From Malacoraja senta (Eukaryota), in NCBI GenBank assembly GCA_038087875.1, contig CM075990.1, forward strand, positions 12,526,001 through 12,586,000: a stretch of 60,000 bases of DNA. Reading direction: 5' to 3'. Numbering within the stretch: position 1 is the stretch's first letter; every line of letters starts with the position of its first letter. This document shows, one piece after another, positions 12,106-25,017 of the stretch. Under the pieces are notes generated by a model. The model had not been told where the DNA came from. It saw only the letters and a program-made list of their open reading frames with translations, and made no database searches. The position numbers and the translations under genes were made by a program.

Positions 12106-13100
12106 TAACTCATCCATGCTGACCAATATGCCCATCTAAGCTAGACCTATCTCGTCCAAATCTCTTTTAAGTGTTATTATTGTATCTGCCAACCACTTCC
12201 TCTGGCAGTTTGTTTCATACATGCACTGCGTGAAGACATTGTCTCGCATGTATTTTTTGACAGGTCTTGTTTCCCCTTAAACCTATGCCCTGACACCCTT
12301 ATCTGGGAAAAAGATTGCAGAAGCCTGGAAAGAACAGAGGGTCCAAGGCTCCCTGGAAAGAGGTCACAGAGGGGTGAAGAAGGTTTTTGGCATGCTGGTC
12401 TTCATCGGGAAAGGCATGAGTATAGAAGTCGAGATGTTATGCTGCAGTTGTACAAGACGTTGGTCAGACCCCACATGGAGTATTGTGTTCAGTTTTGATG
12501 GCCGTGCTGTAAAATCGCTACCGTTAAGCTGGAAACAGTGAAGAACATTTTTACAAGGCTGTCGCCAGGACTTGAGGGATGGAGCGATAGGGAGAGATTA
12601 GGTGAGAGAGGCAAAGTTTAAAGGAGATGTACGGTGCAAGTTGTTTTTACACAAAGGGTCATGGCTTCCAGGAACACACCACGGGTCGGGGCAGATGCAA
12701 TGGTGCCACTTACGAGACTCAGATAGGCACATGAATATGCAGAGAATGGAGCAATATGGATCATGCAAAGGCAAATGAAATGAGCTTATCTTGGTCTCAT
12801 GTTTGCACAGACATGATGGGCCAAATGGTCTGTTCCTGTGCAGTACTGTTCTATGTTCTATTAGACAGGCTATGGTTTTATTTGTTGGAGTGTAGGAGAG
12901 ATGGTATAAAATCATGAGGGTCACAGAGAGGGCAAATCCTTTTCTCAGGGTTGGGCAATCAACAACTGGAGGACCTCGTTTTAAGGTGAGAGAGGAAATA
13001 TTTAATTGAGTCTGTGGAATTCTCTGCCTCAGAGGTGGAGGCCGATTCTCTGGAAACTTTCAAGAGAGAGCTAGATAGGGCTCTTGAAGATAACGGAGTC

Positions 13101-14643
13101 TCCAAAGAAAACATTTGTGTAAACCTAAGGAATTTGGTGGATTATCACTCCCCAATTTTTTATATTATTATTGGGCCACAAATGTCAAAAATATGATTCA
13201 CCTGTTGGACAATTCGGCCCATCAGGTGGATTGGATAGTAATGGAGAGAGAGGACTGTTCCCCTTTTAACATAGAAGCGATCCTTCTCTCACCAACAAAA
13301 ATAAAGAATACAATATATAGTAAAAATCCAATTATTCATAGTACAATTAGAATTTGGAAACAAATAAAATTAACGTTAAAATTAAGAAATCTATCACTTT
13401 TCACCTATAATGAATAACCCTTCGTTTAAACCTTCTATGATGGATAGAGCTTTTATAAATTGGGAAAGAGTAGGAATTAAAACGTTTGGAGATATGTATG
13501 ATAATGGAAGTTTTTTAACATTTCACCAATTACAACTTAAATACAACTTGAATAGTAATCAATATTTCAAATATTTTCAACTACGTGACTATTTGAAAAA
13601 GTATACACGAGAATATCAAAATATGTCTCCTGACCTTTTAGATGGGATAATGAATATAAAAGCGGAATCAGCTAATTTAATATCATACCTATATAATTCC
13701 ATTTTAAATATAGAAATTCCATCATCGGACAGGATTAGAAGAGAATGGGAACAGGAACTAGCTATAAAAATCTCGAAAGAGAGTTGGGATAAACATCTAT
13801 TATATGTGCATAAATGTTCGATTAACGTAAGACATACTCTGATTCAATTTAAAATTTTACATAGATTATATTATTCAAAAGCTAAATTAAGAACATTGTA
13901 TCCAAATACCTCTGCTAACTGTGATAAATGCCTAGTCCAAGAATCAACTATAGCACATTCTTTTGTTTTTTGTATAAAAATTCAAAAATTTTGGAATGGA
14001 ATTTTTGAAATTTTCACTAAATTATTTAAAATAAAACTGAAACCGAATGCAGAATTGATTATTTTTGGAACAACAGAAGCAAGTTTGGAGCTGACTGCGT
14101 TTCAAAGGAGTTTTCTTAGTTATGGCTTATTAACGGCAAAAAAACTGATACTGAAATTTTGGAAAAATGCTCCTACGCCAACAATAAAAATGTGGACTTC
14201 TAATATGTCGGAATTGTTACACCTAGAAGATATGAGATTCCTCCTAGCAGGTAAACAAGACCAATTCCAAAAGATTTGGTCTCCATATATCGACTTATTA
14301 CAAACATAGGGTGCAACAAAATGATGATAATAAATGGTTTTAGGACCTGGTGAGGGGTGAGTAAAGATAAGAAGTAGACACATCCCTTTCATATTGTCCT
14401 ATCTTATTTTCTTTTTTCTCTTTTTTTCTTTTCTTCTTTAACTACTTCTTGTGGTTTAGGTTCACATGTGTGTTCCTGGATCACTTTTTCATTCACTCAC
14501 TGACTCTTTGCTAGCTCTTTCTATCCTTTCTTTCTATTAAAGTTGAAAAACAGAAGTGGTACAAGAACTGTATAAATTTACGTTATTGCAGATTACTGTA
14601 ATGTAAAATACTTCTAATAAAAAAAAGTTAAAAATTAAAAAAT
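13101..14643 (+). mobile_element. L1-clade LINE 3' fragment inserted into a CR1 3' end
   Basis: ORF2 C-terminus (PKEFGGLSLPN..YYWA; QFKILHRLY; CDKC..H..C), A-rich tail, 14-bp TSD AAGATAACGGAGTC at 13087-13100 and 14644-14657. Confidence 0.93.
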
Positions 14644-17600
14644 AAGATAACGGAGTCAGGGGATATGGGGAGAAGGCAGGAACGGGGTACTGATTGGGGA
14701 TGATCAGCCATGATCACATTGAATGGCGGTGCTGGCTTGAAGGGCCGAATGGCCTACTCCTGCACCGATTGTCTATTGTCTATTGAACCCTGACAAGCAA
14801 CTGTCTGAGATAGGGGTGTTGCGTATATAGAACAAGCTGCCAGAGGAAGTGGTTGCAGCAGGTGCAAAAACAATATTTAAAAGACATTTTGACAGGTACT
14901 TGGACTGAAAGGGCTCAGAGGAATATGGGCCAAATGCAGGCAAATGGGGCCGTCTTAGATGGGTGCTTGGTAGCATGATCTCTAAACTTAAAAACTGAAC
15001 TGAACTAATCAGTGTACCAAGGAGTCAATGAGGGAATGGGCTATTTTAGAACTACGATTGTTTAATGATCAAGAATTTATTGATGACCCAGTAGTGAAGA
15101 GTGTTTGAGGGAACATAACGTCACCGCGTGTGATCTGGTTCTATCTTAAATACACATCTTAAATCTGGATACAGTAAACTACAAGTACATGAGTTGTGAG
15201 ACGCTCATGACTAGTTAGATAGATCAAAGACTAGACAGTTAAAAGGGTTATCAAGTGATTTATATCTAATGTTAAAAGTCACTAGCAAGTTAATGAAACA
15301 TAATTGGACAGGCCCGTGGATAAGTAATGTTTAGAGGGATAAAGGCCAAATACTAAGAACATTGAACCACTTTAGGTAGGTATCTTGGCATGGAGAAGTT
15401 GGGCTTGTTTCCATGTCGTATCTCCAAACTAAAACTAAACTGAACTTTAGATATGCATCTTCGATAGCATGGACAAGTTGGGCTGAAGGGCCTGTTTCCG
15501 TCCTGCCGAACTCTATGAAAATAAACCTTTTAAAAGAAAAGAAAAAAGACTGCCAGCAATACGTGAGTGATTACCGTTCAGCACAGGAAGACTAGGGGCA
15601 ATTCTGGGAAGTTGTCAATCCTAAGTGAATCAGGACTCAATTGGAGCTTTTGGGTGGCACAGCGGTAAAGCTACTGACTTACGGCGCAAGAGACCCGGGT
15701 TCGATCCTGATTGTCTGCACGGAGATAGCACCTTCTCCCCGTGACCTGCGTGGGTTTTCTCCGGTTTCCTCCCAATCTCCAAAGATGTACAGATTTGTTG
15801 GTTAATTGGCTTGGTATAAAAGGTAAAATTGTCCCTAGTGTGTGCAAGGTGGTGTTAATGTGTGGGGATCGCTGGTCGCCGCAGACTCGGAGGGCCGAAG
15901 GGCCTGTTTCCACGCTGTATCTCTGCATTAAACTAAACTTTGGTCAAATCGCTTTTTATTTTGAGGTATGAAAGTAAAAGCGGCCGAGATTAATTTTGTT
16001 GCGGTGATGAGGTCCCGCAGAGGAACCAAGTGTTCAGAACTGAAGATGAATTTGTAAATAGGATGCGAGGTCGGGTGAGCGTGGAATGGGCCGATCAACT
16101 CCTGCCCCATTCCGCTGCTTCACCCGTGTGTTTCCTGTTGCTGCATTTCTGACATGCAACACATTGCAACTTTTATCCCTTGAATCAGAAATTAGAGAAA
16201 ATATTATAATTCCAGATATTAGAAGTGGTTGTCATAACCTCAGTGTGGTTCTGGTTCTGATGTTTGAGAACCTTGACGTTAGTTCCGTGCCTTTAAATTT
16301 GTGAAGTGAAACTTAGTCTGACACACAATGGCCCCACACGCACTGCCTTCCTGTTCACCGGAGTTGGGTTCACTATCCCATATCTCCTTGGCCTGGGTCT
16401 CTTGGCAGCTCGGAGGCTGCCAGATCTCCAGGCTCCAGCAGATGTTTTAGGGAAGGAAACCACTGATCAGCTTGGGCAGCACATTGGCACAGCGGGTAGA
16501 CTTGCTGCCATACTGCGCCAGGGATACCCAGTTTCGATCCTGACCTCGGGTGCTGTCTGTGCGGAGTTTGCACGTTCTCCCTGTGACCGTGTGGGTTTTC
16601 CCCGGGTGCTCCGGTTTCCTCCCGCACTCCAAAGGCTTTGTGCGGGTTTGTAGTTAGCTTCTGGAAATAGTAATTGGCCCTAGTGACAATAGACAATAGA
16701 TGCAGGGAGTGGGCTGTTCGGCCCCTCGAGCCAGCACCACCATTCAATGTGATCATGGCTGATCATCCACAATCAGTAACCCGTTCCTGCCTTCTCCCCA
16801 TATCCCTTGACTCTGCTATCTTTAAGAGGTCTGTCTAGCTTTCTCTTGAAAGCATCCAGAGAACCAGCCTCCACTGCCCTCTGAGGCAGAGAATTCCACA
16901 GACTCACAACTCTCAGTGTGAAAAAGTTTTTCCTCATCTCCGTTCTAAATGGCTTACTCCTTATTCTTAAAACGTGCATAGGATATTGCTAGTGTATGGT
17001 GTGATCGCTGGTCGGCACCGACTCGGTGGGCCAAAGGGCCTGTTTCCTTGCTGTATCTCTTAAGTCTTAAAATCTAAAGCTTGAAATTATGTTGGAAAAT
17101 ATTAGCATCGGAAGAAGTTAATCAATTTATTTTAAGTTTATGGATGTTTTCATTGAAACAGTGGAGGAAGAAATCTCATGCTAAATCAATTCACTCTTCC
17201 AATAGTGTGACAAGATGGTCAGAATGTTATTCCTTCTTCATCATCAATGGTCTAATTTCTGGAGATTCCAACCAAACAGCGGGACCAGAAGACCACAGGG
17301 GTTCAAGATGGCAGCTCACCACCTCAAGGCCAATTAGGGACAGTCTTTGCCAATGTAATCCACATCTCAATCCTCATTAGAACCCTCAAAGCATTGGAAT
17401 TCCTCAACTCTGCCTTTGTCTTCACATGCTTTGACAACGTTGCTGTTGGCTTTGCTAATCCTTGACATTGCTTCTCTCTGTGTCTTCATCTGTTGCTATC
17501 TTCTCACTTACACTTCCTCTGAGCAATATCGTTGTGGGTGGCATTGTTATTGTGTAGTGGATTGTAACCCAATATTTTCCTGTGCTGTGCAAGTTTCATT

Positions 17601-20600
17601 GCCATATTGTCGAAGGACATCTTGTCCAAATTACTATCAGAAAGTATAATCAGTATAGCTCCTGAACAGAAAGGTTGTGTGAATTGTCATGTTGAGGCAG
17701 AGTTACTGATGCTTCAGAACAGCATCTGCATTCTGAGCTTGGAAGCAGGTCTATTGTAAGTGAATGCAGGAGTATGAACATAATGCAGGTCTTGCTGAAG
17801 TTGTCTTTAAAAAGAGCAGTTCATAGGGTCAGGAGGAAGTTGAAAGAGTTTCATCATGAGAAGTTAGAATGTTTGCGCCATGACAAGCTCTTTACATGTA
17901 ATCATTGCAGGGTGGGCATTAAACTTCAGAACACTACAGGAATAGTAATAGAACGCATGGGGAAATAGTTAGAACCTGGTCCTTGCAATGGAATTTATAT
18001 GTATTCTTGCATGAGTTATGAATGTTGTTAGTAAGGCCAGCATCGACAACCATTGAACCTTTCCGCTGACTGGTTAGCACGCAACAAGTGCTTTTCACTG
18101 CACCTCAGTACACGTGACAATAAACTAAACTGAACTGAGTAAGAAGGAACTGCAGATGCTGCTTTAAACCGAAGATGGACACAAAAAGCTGGAGTAACTC
18201 AGCGGGACAGGCAGCATCTCTGGGGAGAAGGAATGGGTGACGTTTCGGGTCGAGACCCTTCTTCAGACTGATTATTCTTCTGAGGCAGAGAATTCCACAA
18301 ATTCACAACTCTCAGGGTGAATTTTTTTTTCCTAATCTCAGTTCTAAATGGCCTACCCCTTATTCTTAAACTGTGGCCCCTGGTTCTGGACTCCCCCAAC
18401 ATCGGGAACGTGTTTCCCGCACCCAGCGTGTCCACAATCCCTTAATAATGTTATATTTGCGCGGGAACAGAGCGACTGAGAGGTTCACATGCGGAAATCT
18501 TTCAAAGACGAGAAGGTGGGGAAGGTTCAATAGGTGCTAGAAGGTTCAGAGAAGCTTAAAGTGCCATGGCATTGAAATTTAAACATTGGCAGGTGGATTG
18601 TTATTCAACGTGAACATGGATGAGAGTGAAAATGGAGGAGGACTGGCCACATTTTGTGCCTTCCACCACAGTGATGAATGCTGTGGTGGATGTTTGTGTT
18701 AAATTTTTATTGTGTTTTTGTGTGTTTTTCATTGTACCGCTGCTGGCAAATTCATTTCACTTGCACTTTATGTGCAAGTGACGAATAAAACTGATTGATT
18801 GATTGATTGAACCCAAGGGAAAGTAAATGGGTAATATCCTCCTCATGTTCCTATTCTTATATGTAAATCCAGGCTGGAAGTTGGAAGCGACAGTGATATG
18901 AAGCCTTTAGAAGGGGGTGCGCCTACTATGTGCTTTCATCTGTTCTCCAGTTCCTCTCTGGTTGGCATGCGAACATGCGTGCACGCATACACATAACACC
19001 AACGCATGCTCAACAACAACAATCCAAGGAACTCACTGCTGTGTTCAGAAAGGGGAAGTCGGGAGACCACAAGCCTGTTTCCATCGGTGGGTCAACAGTG
19101 GAGAGAGTTAGCAGTTATAATTCTTGGGCATTATCATCTCGGATGTTTTGTCCTGGGCCCAGCAAATAGATGTAATCACAAAGAAAGTGTGTCGACATCT
19201 CAAACTTGTGAGAAGTTTAAAGGGATTCACCATGCCACCGAATGCTCTAACTTCCACAGAAGTATTCCAACTGGTTGCATCATGGTGGCATGCGGTGCTG
19301 GCTCGAAGGGCCGAATGGCCTCCTCCTGCACCTATTTTCTATGGCTTGGTAAGGTCATAAGGGATAGGTGTCGAGTTAGGCCATTAGGTCATCAAGTCTA
19401 CTCTGCCATTCAATCATGGCTGATCTATCTCTCCCTTCTAATCCCATTCTCCATCTGTCTCACCATAACCTCTGACACCTGTACCAATCAAGAATCTGTC
19501 TATTAAAAATATCCACTGACGGCCTCCACAGCCTTCTGTGGCAAAGAATTCCACAGATCCACCACACTCTGACTAAAGAAGCCTCTTGCTGGAACGCAAG
19601 AGGCCGCAGAGAGTGGTGGACTCAGCCCGGTCCATCACGGGCACAGCCTTCGCCACCATCAGAAGCATCTACTGTACATAAGGCGCTGCCTGACGAAGGT
19701 GGAATCTGTCATCAAGGAATCTCAGCATGCGGCTCATGTCCTCTTCTCGCTGCTATCATCGGGCAAGAGATTTAAACTTCTCTCAAGAGCTTGAAGTTCC
19801 ACAATGCCAGGTTCAAGAACTACTCTCCCACTGCCATCAGGTTCTTGAATCGACCCACCCATCCCTAATCCCACCTCAGCAACGGAACACTACACACCAC
19901 CTCGTGCACTATCACACACTTGTTTTTTTACTTGTATTCCCACACTCATCTCTTGTGCCCTTTCACAGTCTTATTCTGTTCACTGTCTTGAGTAATTTCT
20001 GTATAATTTAAGTTTTTGTGTGATTGCCTGAGGCCTGTGATGCTGCTGCAAGCAAGTCTTTGATTGTACCCGCACCTCACCGTCCTTGTGCCTGTGACAA
20101 TCAACAACTAACTGGACAGGCTCCCTCTCTTCCCTTGCTTCCTTATTTTTGGTGCATTCGTTTGGAAGGTTCACGGAGAACCCGGACTTTGGGAATGTGC
20201 CTGTCTCCACAATGCACAAGGTGTGAGCAGAGAGAAGTGTGCAGGTTGCAGTTGTTTTTCTGATGGCGGAACAATGATGCATTTGCTTACGAGCAGGAAT
20301 CAGTTTTCATTCTCTGTTCCTTAAGAGAAGTTTCCTGTTTATTGTATTAGTTTGAGTTTTAACTCTACCTCACTCACTCAGCATGGCTGCTCTCTTGCAG
20401 AACACACACACTGTGTCTCAATGCCACTAGGTCGTATCAGATACAGACAATGATTAATTAATGTGCCGGAAGGAACTGTAGATGCTGGCTTATACCGAAG
20501 ATAGACACAAGTAACTCAATGGGTCAGGCAGCTTCTCTGGAGAAAAAGAAGAGGTGATGTTTCTTTAGACTGTTCACCTATCCCTTTTCTCCAGCGATGC

Positions 20601-21280
20601 TGCCTGACCCGTTGAGATACTTCAGCACATTGTGTTTATCAATAAGTAATTAAAACCAATACTCTGAAAGTCTGGAATCCTCTCGATTTCATCTGAGACA
20701 TTGAAGCCAAGCTTCACCTGCCTGATCAGATGGATATTGGACATTTGGGTCTACTCCGCCATTTGGTTAAATTGTGATGGAATTTGTGCCTCCTGCATCT
20801 TCTTGTACTATTCACAAATCACAAATCTCTGCTTGTAAACATGCAGAGCTCAAGTTATGCCAGTACCGTCACAACGCTGGCATCAACACAGCAATTTGGA
20901 AAATTGCCCAGGAATGTCCTGCCTGGAAAATTACTGGCTGATCGGTCCTCAGCCAAGTGATGGAAGATGTCATAGAACAGTACAGCACAGAAACAGGCTC
21001 TTCGGGCCACAGTGTCCTTGGCCGGACATGCTGTTACTTTAACAGTGTCAAACTTCGTCTGACTTTGCTAAAGGGCGGCCTGAACCAAATTTGCCTTTCC
21101 TCGCACATCCCAACTCAAACCAAGAAGATCAATGATCTGCAAAAAAATCAAAGAGCTAGAGGAATTCAGCTGGTCAGTGGAAGGAATGAACAGTTGATGT
21201 TTCGGGTCGGGACTCTTCTTCAGACTGTTGGAGTCGTGGTGAGAAAGGTGGAGAGCAAAGCTTGGCAAGTGGTAAAGAGT

Positions 21281-21668
21281 TAAAGAAGGAACTGCAGATG
21301 CTGGAAAATCGGAGGTACACAAAAATGCTGGAGAAACTCAGCGGGTGCAGCAGCATCTATGGAGCGAAGGAAATAGGCAACGTTTCGGGCCGAAACCCTT
21401 CTTCAGACTGATAGGGGGTGGGGAGAAGAAAGGAAAAAAGGAAAAAGGCGGAGGAGGAGCCCGAGGGCAGGGGGAGGGGAGGAGACAACCAGATGGCTGA
21501 TGAAGGGGAGGGGACAGCAAGGGCTAGCAGAATTGGGAGAATTCAATGTTCAAGCCCCCAGGATGTAGACTGCCCAAGCGGAATATGAGGTGCATTTCCT
21601 CCAATTTACGGTGTTGCTCGCTGTGGCCATGGAGGAGACCCAGGACAGAGAGGTCAGATACGGAATGG
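21281..21668 (-). mobile_element. PLE 3' fragment (endonuclease C-terminus + pLTR), same subfamily as 37975-39472
   Basis: Reverse complement encodes HSVSDLSVLGLLHGHSEQHRKLEEMHLIFRLGSLHPGGLNIEFS, then the pLTR with hammerhead core (~21379-21406). Confidence 0.9.
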
Positions 21669-22637
21669 TAGATGGATACAGCTGAGGGATTGGCAGATGG
21701 GTGGAGTCAGTGACAAAGTCTAGAGTTGAAAAGAAGACAAAATTGTGGCAGATAAGGAAAGAAGAGGAGGAGTGAAATGTAAAGCTGTAGGAAGGGATAA
21801 GGGTGGAAAGAGACAGGGAAGAAGAAGATAGGGGTTAAAGGGAAATATGGTACCCGGGGATGGAAGATGAGTGTGCGGAGAAGGGGAAAGGGGCAGGGTG
21901 ACCAGGGAGGTGGGGGATGCTGGAAGAAATGTGTGTGCACTGGAGTAGAGGGAGCAGGGGAAAGAGAAGAGGTATAGGAGGTATTACTTGAAATTGCGGG
22001 TCAATTTTCTCTCAGGTTGTTGGGAATTTGGGGAGAGAGGAGGAGATGAGGGAGCTCAGATGATATGAGGATATGGTAGGAGCAATTTGATTCATTAACC
22101 TTAAGGAGCATCCCAAATAAACATTGAAGGAGACTCTGGGAGCATTTTGGACAATGGTTGACTCTGAGCGGCAATGGCTATAATGCACAGAGTCAATGCT
22201 TCATATTATGCAAGTGGTTTGGATTAATATACAGCCAATTTTAATTTCGAGTTGTGATGCAATGATGTGGACATCTGCCTATTGCATCATAAATATTTTC
22301 CCTCGGTAACAAAAATCATGTTTGTTCTCCAAGGCTTGTGCAGATCAGTTCAAGATTCCCAGCACCTCTTTTGATCTCATCCTTCTGAACACACGCACTG
22401 GACATCTGAGTATATTGCATTGTTACTAATACAATTCAGCATTCTTCCAGTGTGGGTTCACTCCAGTGGTCTGCCTTTATAACTCGAGCTTCGTCATACT
22501 TCTTTGATATGTACCACAATAGCATTTCAGTCCCATTAAATGATTCATTGATAAGGAGCAGAAAATGCTACTGCAAATAACGGAGTAGCAATCAGTCAAC
22601 ATTGTGCGGCAGTTGTACAATTCTGCTCGGGATGAAT

Positions 22638-22955
22638 AACGCACGGTGGGTGGCACGGCGGCAGAGTTGCTGCCTCACAGCGCCAGAGATCCAGGTTCGA
22701 TCCCGACCACGGCTGCTGTCTGTACGGAGTTTGTACGTTCTCCCTGTGACCTGTGTGGGTTTACTCCGAGATCTTCGGTTTCCTCCCGCACTCCAAAGAT
22801 ACAGATTTGCAGGTTAATTGGCTTGGTATAAATGAAACAATTGTTGGTAGTGTGTGTAGGGTAGTGTGAATGTGCGGGGATCGCTGGTCGGTGCGGACGC
22901 GGTGGGCCGAAGGGCCTGTTTCCATGCTGTATCTCTGAACTCAATTAAACTAAAC
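22638..22955 (+). mobile_element. tRNA-derived V-SINE (HE1-like), representative near-full-length copy
   Basis: tRNA-like head (TGGCACGGCGG..GGTTCGATCC), V domain (GCTGTCTGTACGGAGTTTGTACGTTCTCCC..TTTCCTCCC), LINE-derived tail GGGCCGAAGGGCCTGTTTCC + (TAAAC)n. Other copies at about 605-904(-), 2752-3020, 15652-15940, 16473-17060, 25133-25590, 26279-26500, 36825-37070, 37331-37548, 39858-40120, 46979-47287, 47517-47830, 50708-50880 and 55078-55200. Confidence 0.85.
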
Positions 22956-22962
22956 ACATCTC

Positions 22963-23205
22963 CAGAGTTGTGAATTTGTGGAATTCCCTGCCACAGTGGA
23001 GCGCAGTGGAGGCCAAATCACTGGATGGATTTAAGTGAGAGTTAGATAGAGCTCTAGGGGCTGTTGGAGTCAAGGGAATCAAGGGATATGGGGAGAAGGC
23101 AGGCACGGGTTATTGATTGGGGACGATCAGCCATGATCACAATGAATGGCGGTGCTGGCTCGAAGGGCCGAATGGCCTCCTCCTGCACCTGTTTTCTATG
23201 TTTCT
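22963..23205 (+). mobile_element. CR1-type (HER1-like) LINE 3' end, representative of many copies
   Basis: GAGTTGTGAATTTGTGGAATTC..GATCAGCCATGATC..GAAGGGCCGAATGGCCT..(TTTCTATG)n. Similar fragments at about 2160-2318, 3930-4270, 8955-9322, 16686-16972, 23530-23940, 26778-26978, 27468-29445, 46260-46435, 48150-48445, 51180-51468 and 55980-56242. Confidence 0.85.
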
Positions 23206-24795
23206 AATACAGCTGCTTTGTCTCTGCTGTAACGTGGTGGAATGCACTCCTAGTTGATCCCTCTCACTCCCCTTTACTCTGTGCACTGTTCCCCTCCAGA
23301 CTGCACTCCCTTCCAGAGCAGTCTCTTTGGCATCCCATTGATATTATCCATGCAGGTCAATGACAAGCAAGTAAATCCTTCACATCATGTGAAGATAAAA
23401 TTGAATTAAGTACAAAATAAATGGAAGTAATTCTTCTTTACTAAAGCCAACTACCATTGACCAGTTGTAAAATAACCATGGATTTATCTGGGACAATATT
23501 CCACTTGAAGAACAATTGCATTGCTATAAAACGTAGAACAGTACAGCACGGGATCAGGCCCTTCGGCCCACAATATCATTGCTGAACATGATGCCTAGTT
23601 AAACTGATCTTATCTGCCTGCACGTGATCTATATCCCTTTATTCCCTGCACTTCTATGTGCCTATCTAAAAGCCTCTTAAACACCACCATGGTATCTGCC
23701 TCCACCACCACCCCTGGCAATGCGTTCCAGGCCCCCACCACCCTCTGTGTAACCAAACTTGCCCCGCACATCTCTATTACATTTCCCCCCTCTCACCTTA
23801 TACCTATGCCCTCCAGTGTTGGACTGTTCCACTCTGGGGGAAAAGGTTCTGACTATCTATCTTATCTATGCCTCTCATAATTTTACATATTTCCATCAAC
23901 CACTGATGTTCCAGAGAACACAATTCAAATCTATCCAAGTCTGAAGAAGGGTCTCGACCTGAAACGTCACCCATTCCTTCTCTCCAGAGATGCTGCCTGT
24001 CCCGCTGAGTTACTCCAGCATTTTGTGTCTATCTTCAAGTCTATCCAACCTCTTCCCGTAGCTGAAACCCTCTCATCCTCTTACACATATAATACAACCC
24101 TAACAGCAATATTATCAGTAGGTTTGAGATTTTTCAAAGGGAAATATGGAACAGGGATGAGATGATATTGTATTTCAAAACACACATCACCATGCAAACT
24201 TCCTCCCATAATATTTTAATTAAACCATGAATTAATTACTTTCACTCCAATCCTTGTTTTTTTTTTAAGCTCTGATTCCATTAATTTAAAGGCAAATAAT
24301 TCTAGCCTGGCTGTGCAAAACCTATCAAGCCAGTTACAGGCTGTGGCTTGGGGTGCTGGAGGTGGAGAGATGGGTGATGTTGTGGGGAGGAAATGGTTTT
24401 ACCGAGTATCTCCTCTCTTGAAGGCTATGGCGGTAATTTTTTTGCTCCTTCAGCACCACTTGTTCAAAAGGTCAAAAATGTGAGGGCTTTTGGTTGTGAA
24501 TCAGACGAGATCATTTCCACTGACAAAATGCTCAATAGGCAGCAGGTGGTTTTCTTGGACATAAAAACCAGAGAGAGAAGGGAGAAATGTATTACAGGGC
24601 AAGGTGGAGTGGTTTTGGAAGCAGAATCCAGAAGAACATTCAGAACTGGAAAAACACAGGAAATGAAAACATCTTGGGGGGGGAAAGGGCAGAGGGGTGA
24701 GATTAATGGAAGATCTCACTCAGGGAGCCAGCATAGACTCAGTGTGCCCGGGGACCTCCTGTTTCTGCAGCTGACCCACCATCTCTTTGTTGCAG

Positions 24796-25017
24796 GTGAC
24801 AACTTCCGTACTTGTCAATATATTGGATGAGAATGACAATCACCCAGTGTTCCACCAGCAGCAGTACGACATCACCTTGGATGAAGGGCCGTCTAGCTTG
24901 GATTCTTTCACTGTCATCGTGAATGCAACCGATCGGGATGAAGGTCCCAATGGAACCGTGACATATGCCATTGTTGACGGAAATATAGACAGCACATTCA
25001 TCGTCCACAGTGTCACG
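24796..25017 (+). CDS. CDH23: Cadherin-23 coding exon (human exon ~39 equivalent), 222 nt, phase 0/0
   Basis: Acceptor ctttgttgcag|GTG, donor ACG|gtgagt. Translation VTTSVLVNILDENDNHPVFHQQQYDITLDEGPSSLDSFTVIVNATDRDEGPNGTVTYAIVDGNIDSTFIVHSVT contains DxNDN and DxD motifs and the CDH23-typical LDEGP...DEGPNGTVTYAIV. Confidence 0.96.

Noticed and set aside
22638..22710. tRNA-like A/B-box sequences at SINE heads as tRNA genes
   Set aside because: No complete cloverleaf; always followed by the V domain and LINE tail.
24393..24830. 145-aa ORF overlapping the first CDH23 exon, and an upstream cryptic acceptor (ctgcag at 24765-24770)
   Set aside because: No recognisable domain and a different frame from CDH23; using the upstream AG would add 25 nt and frameshift.
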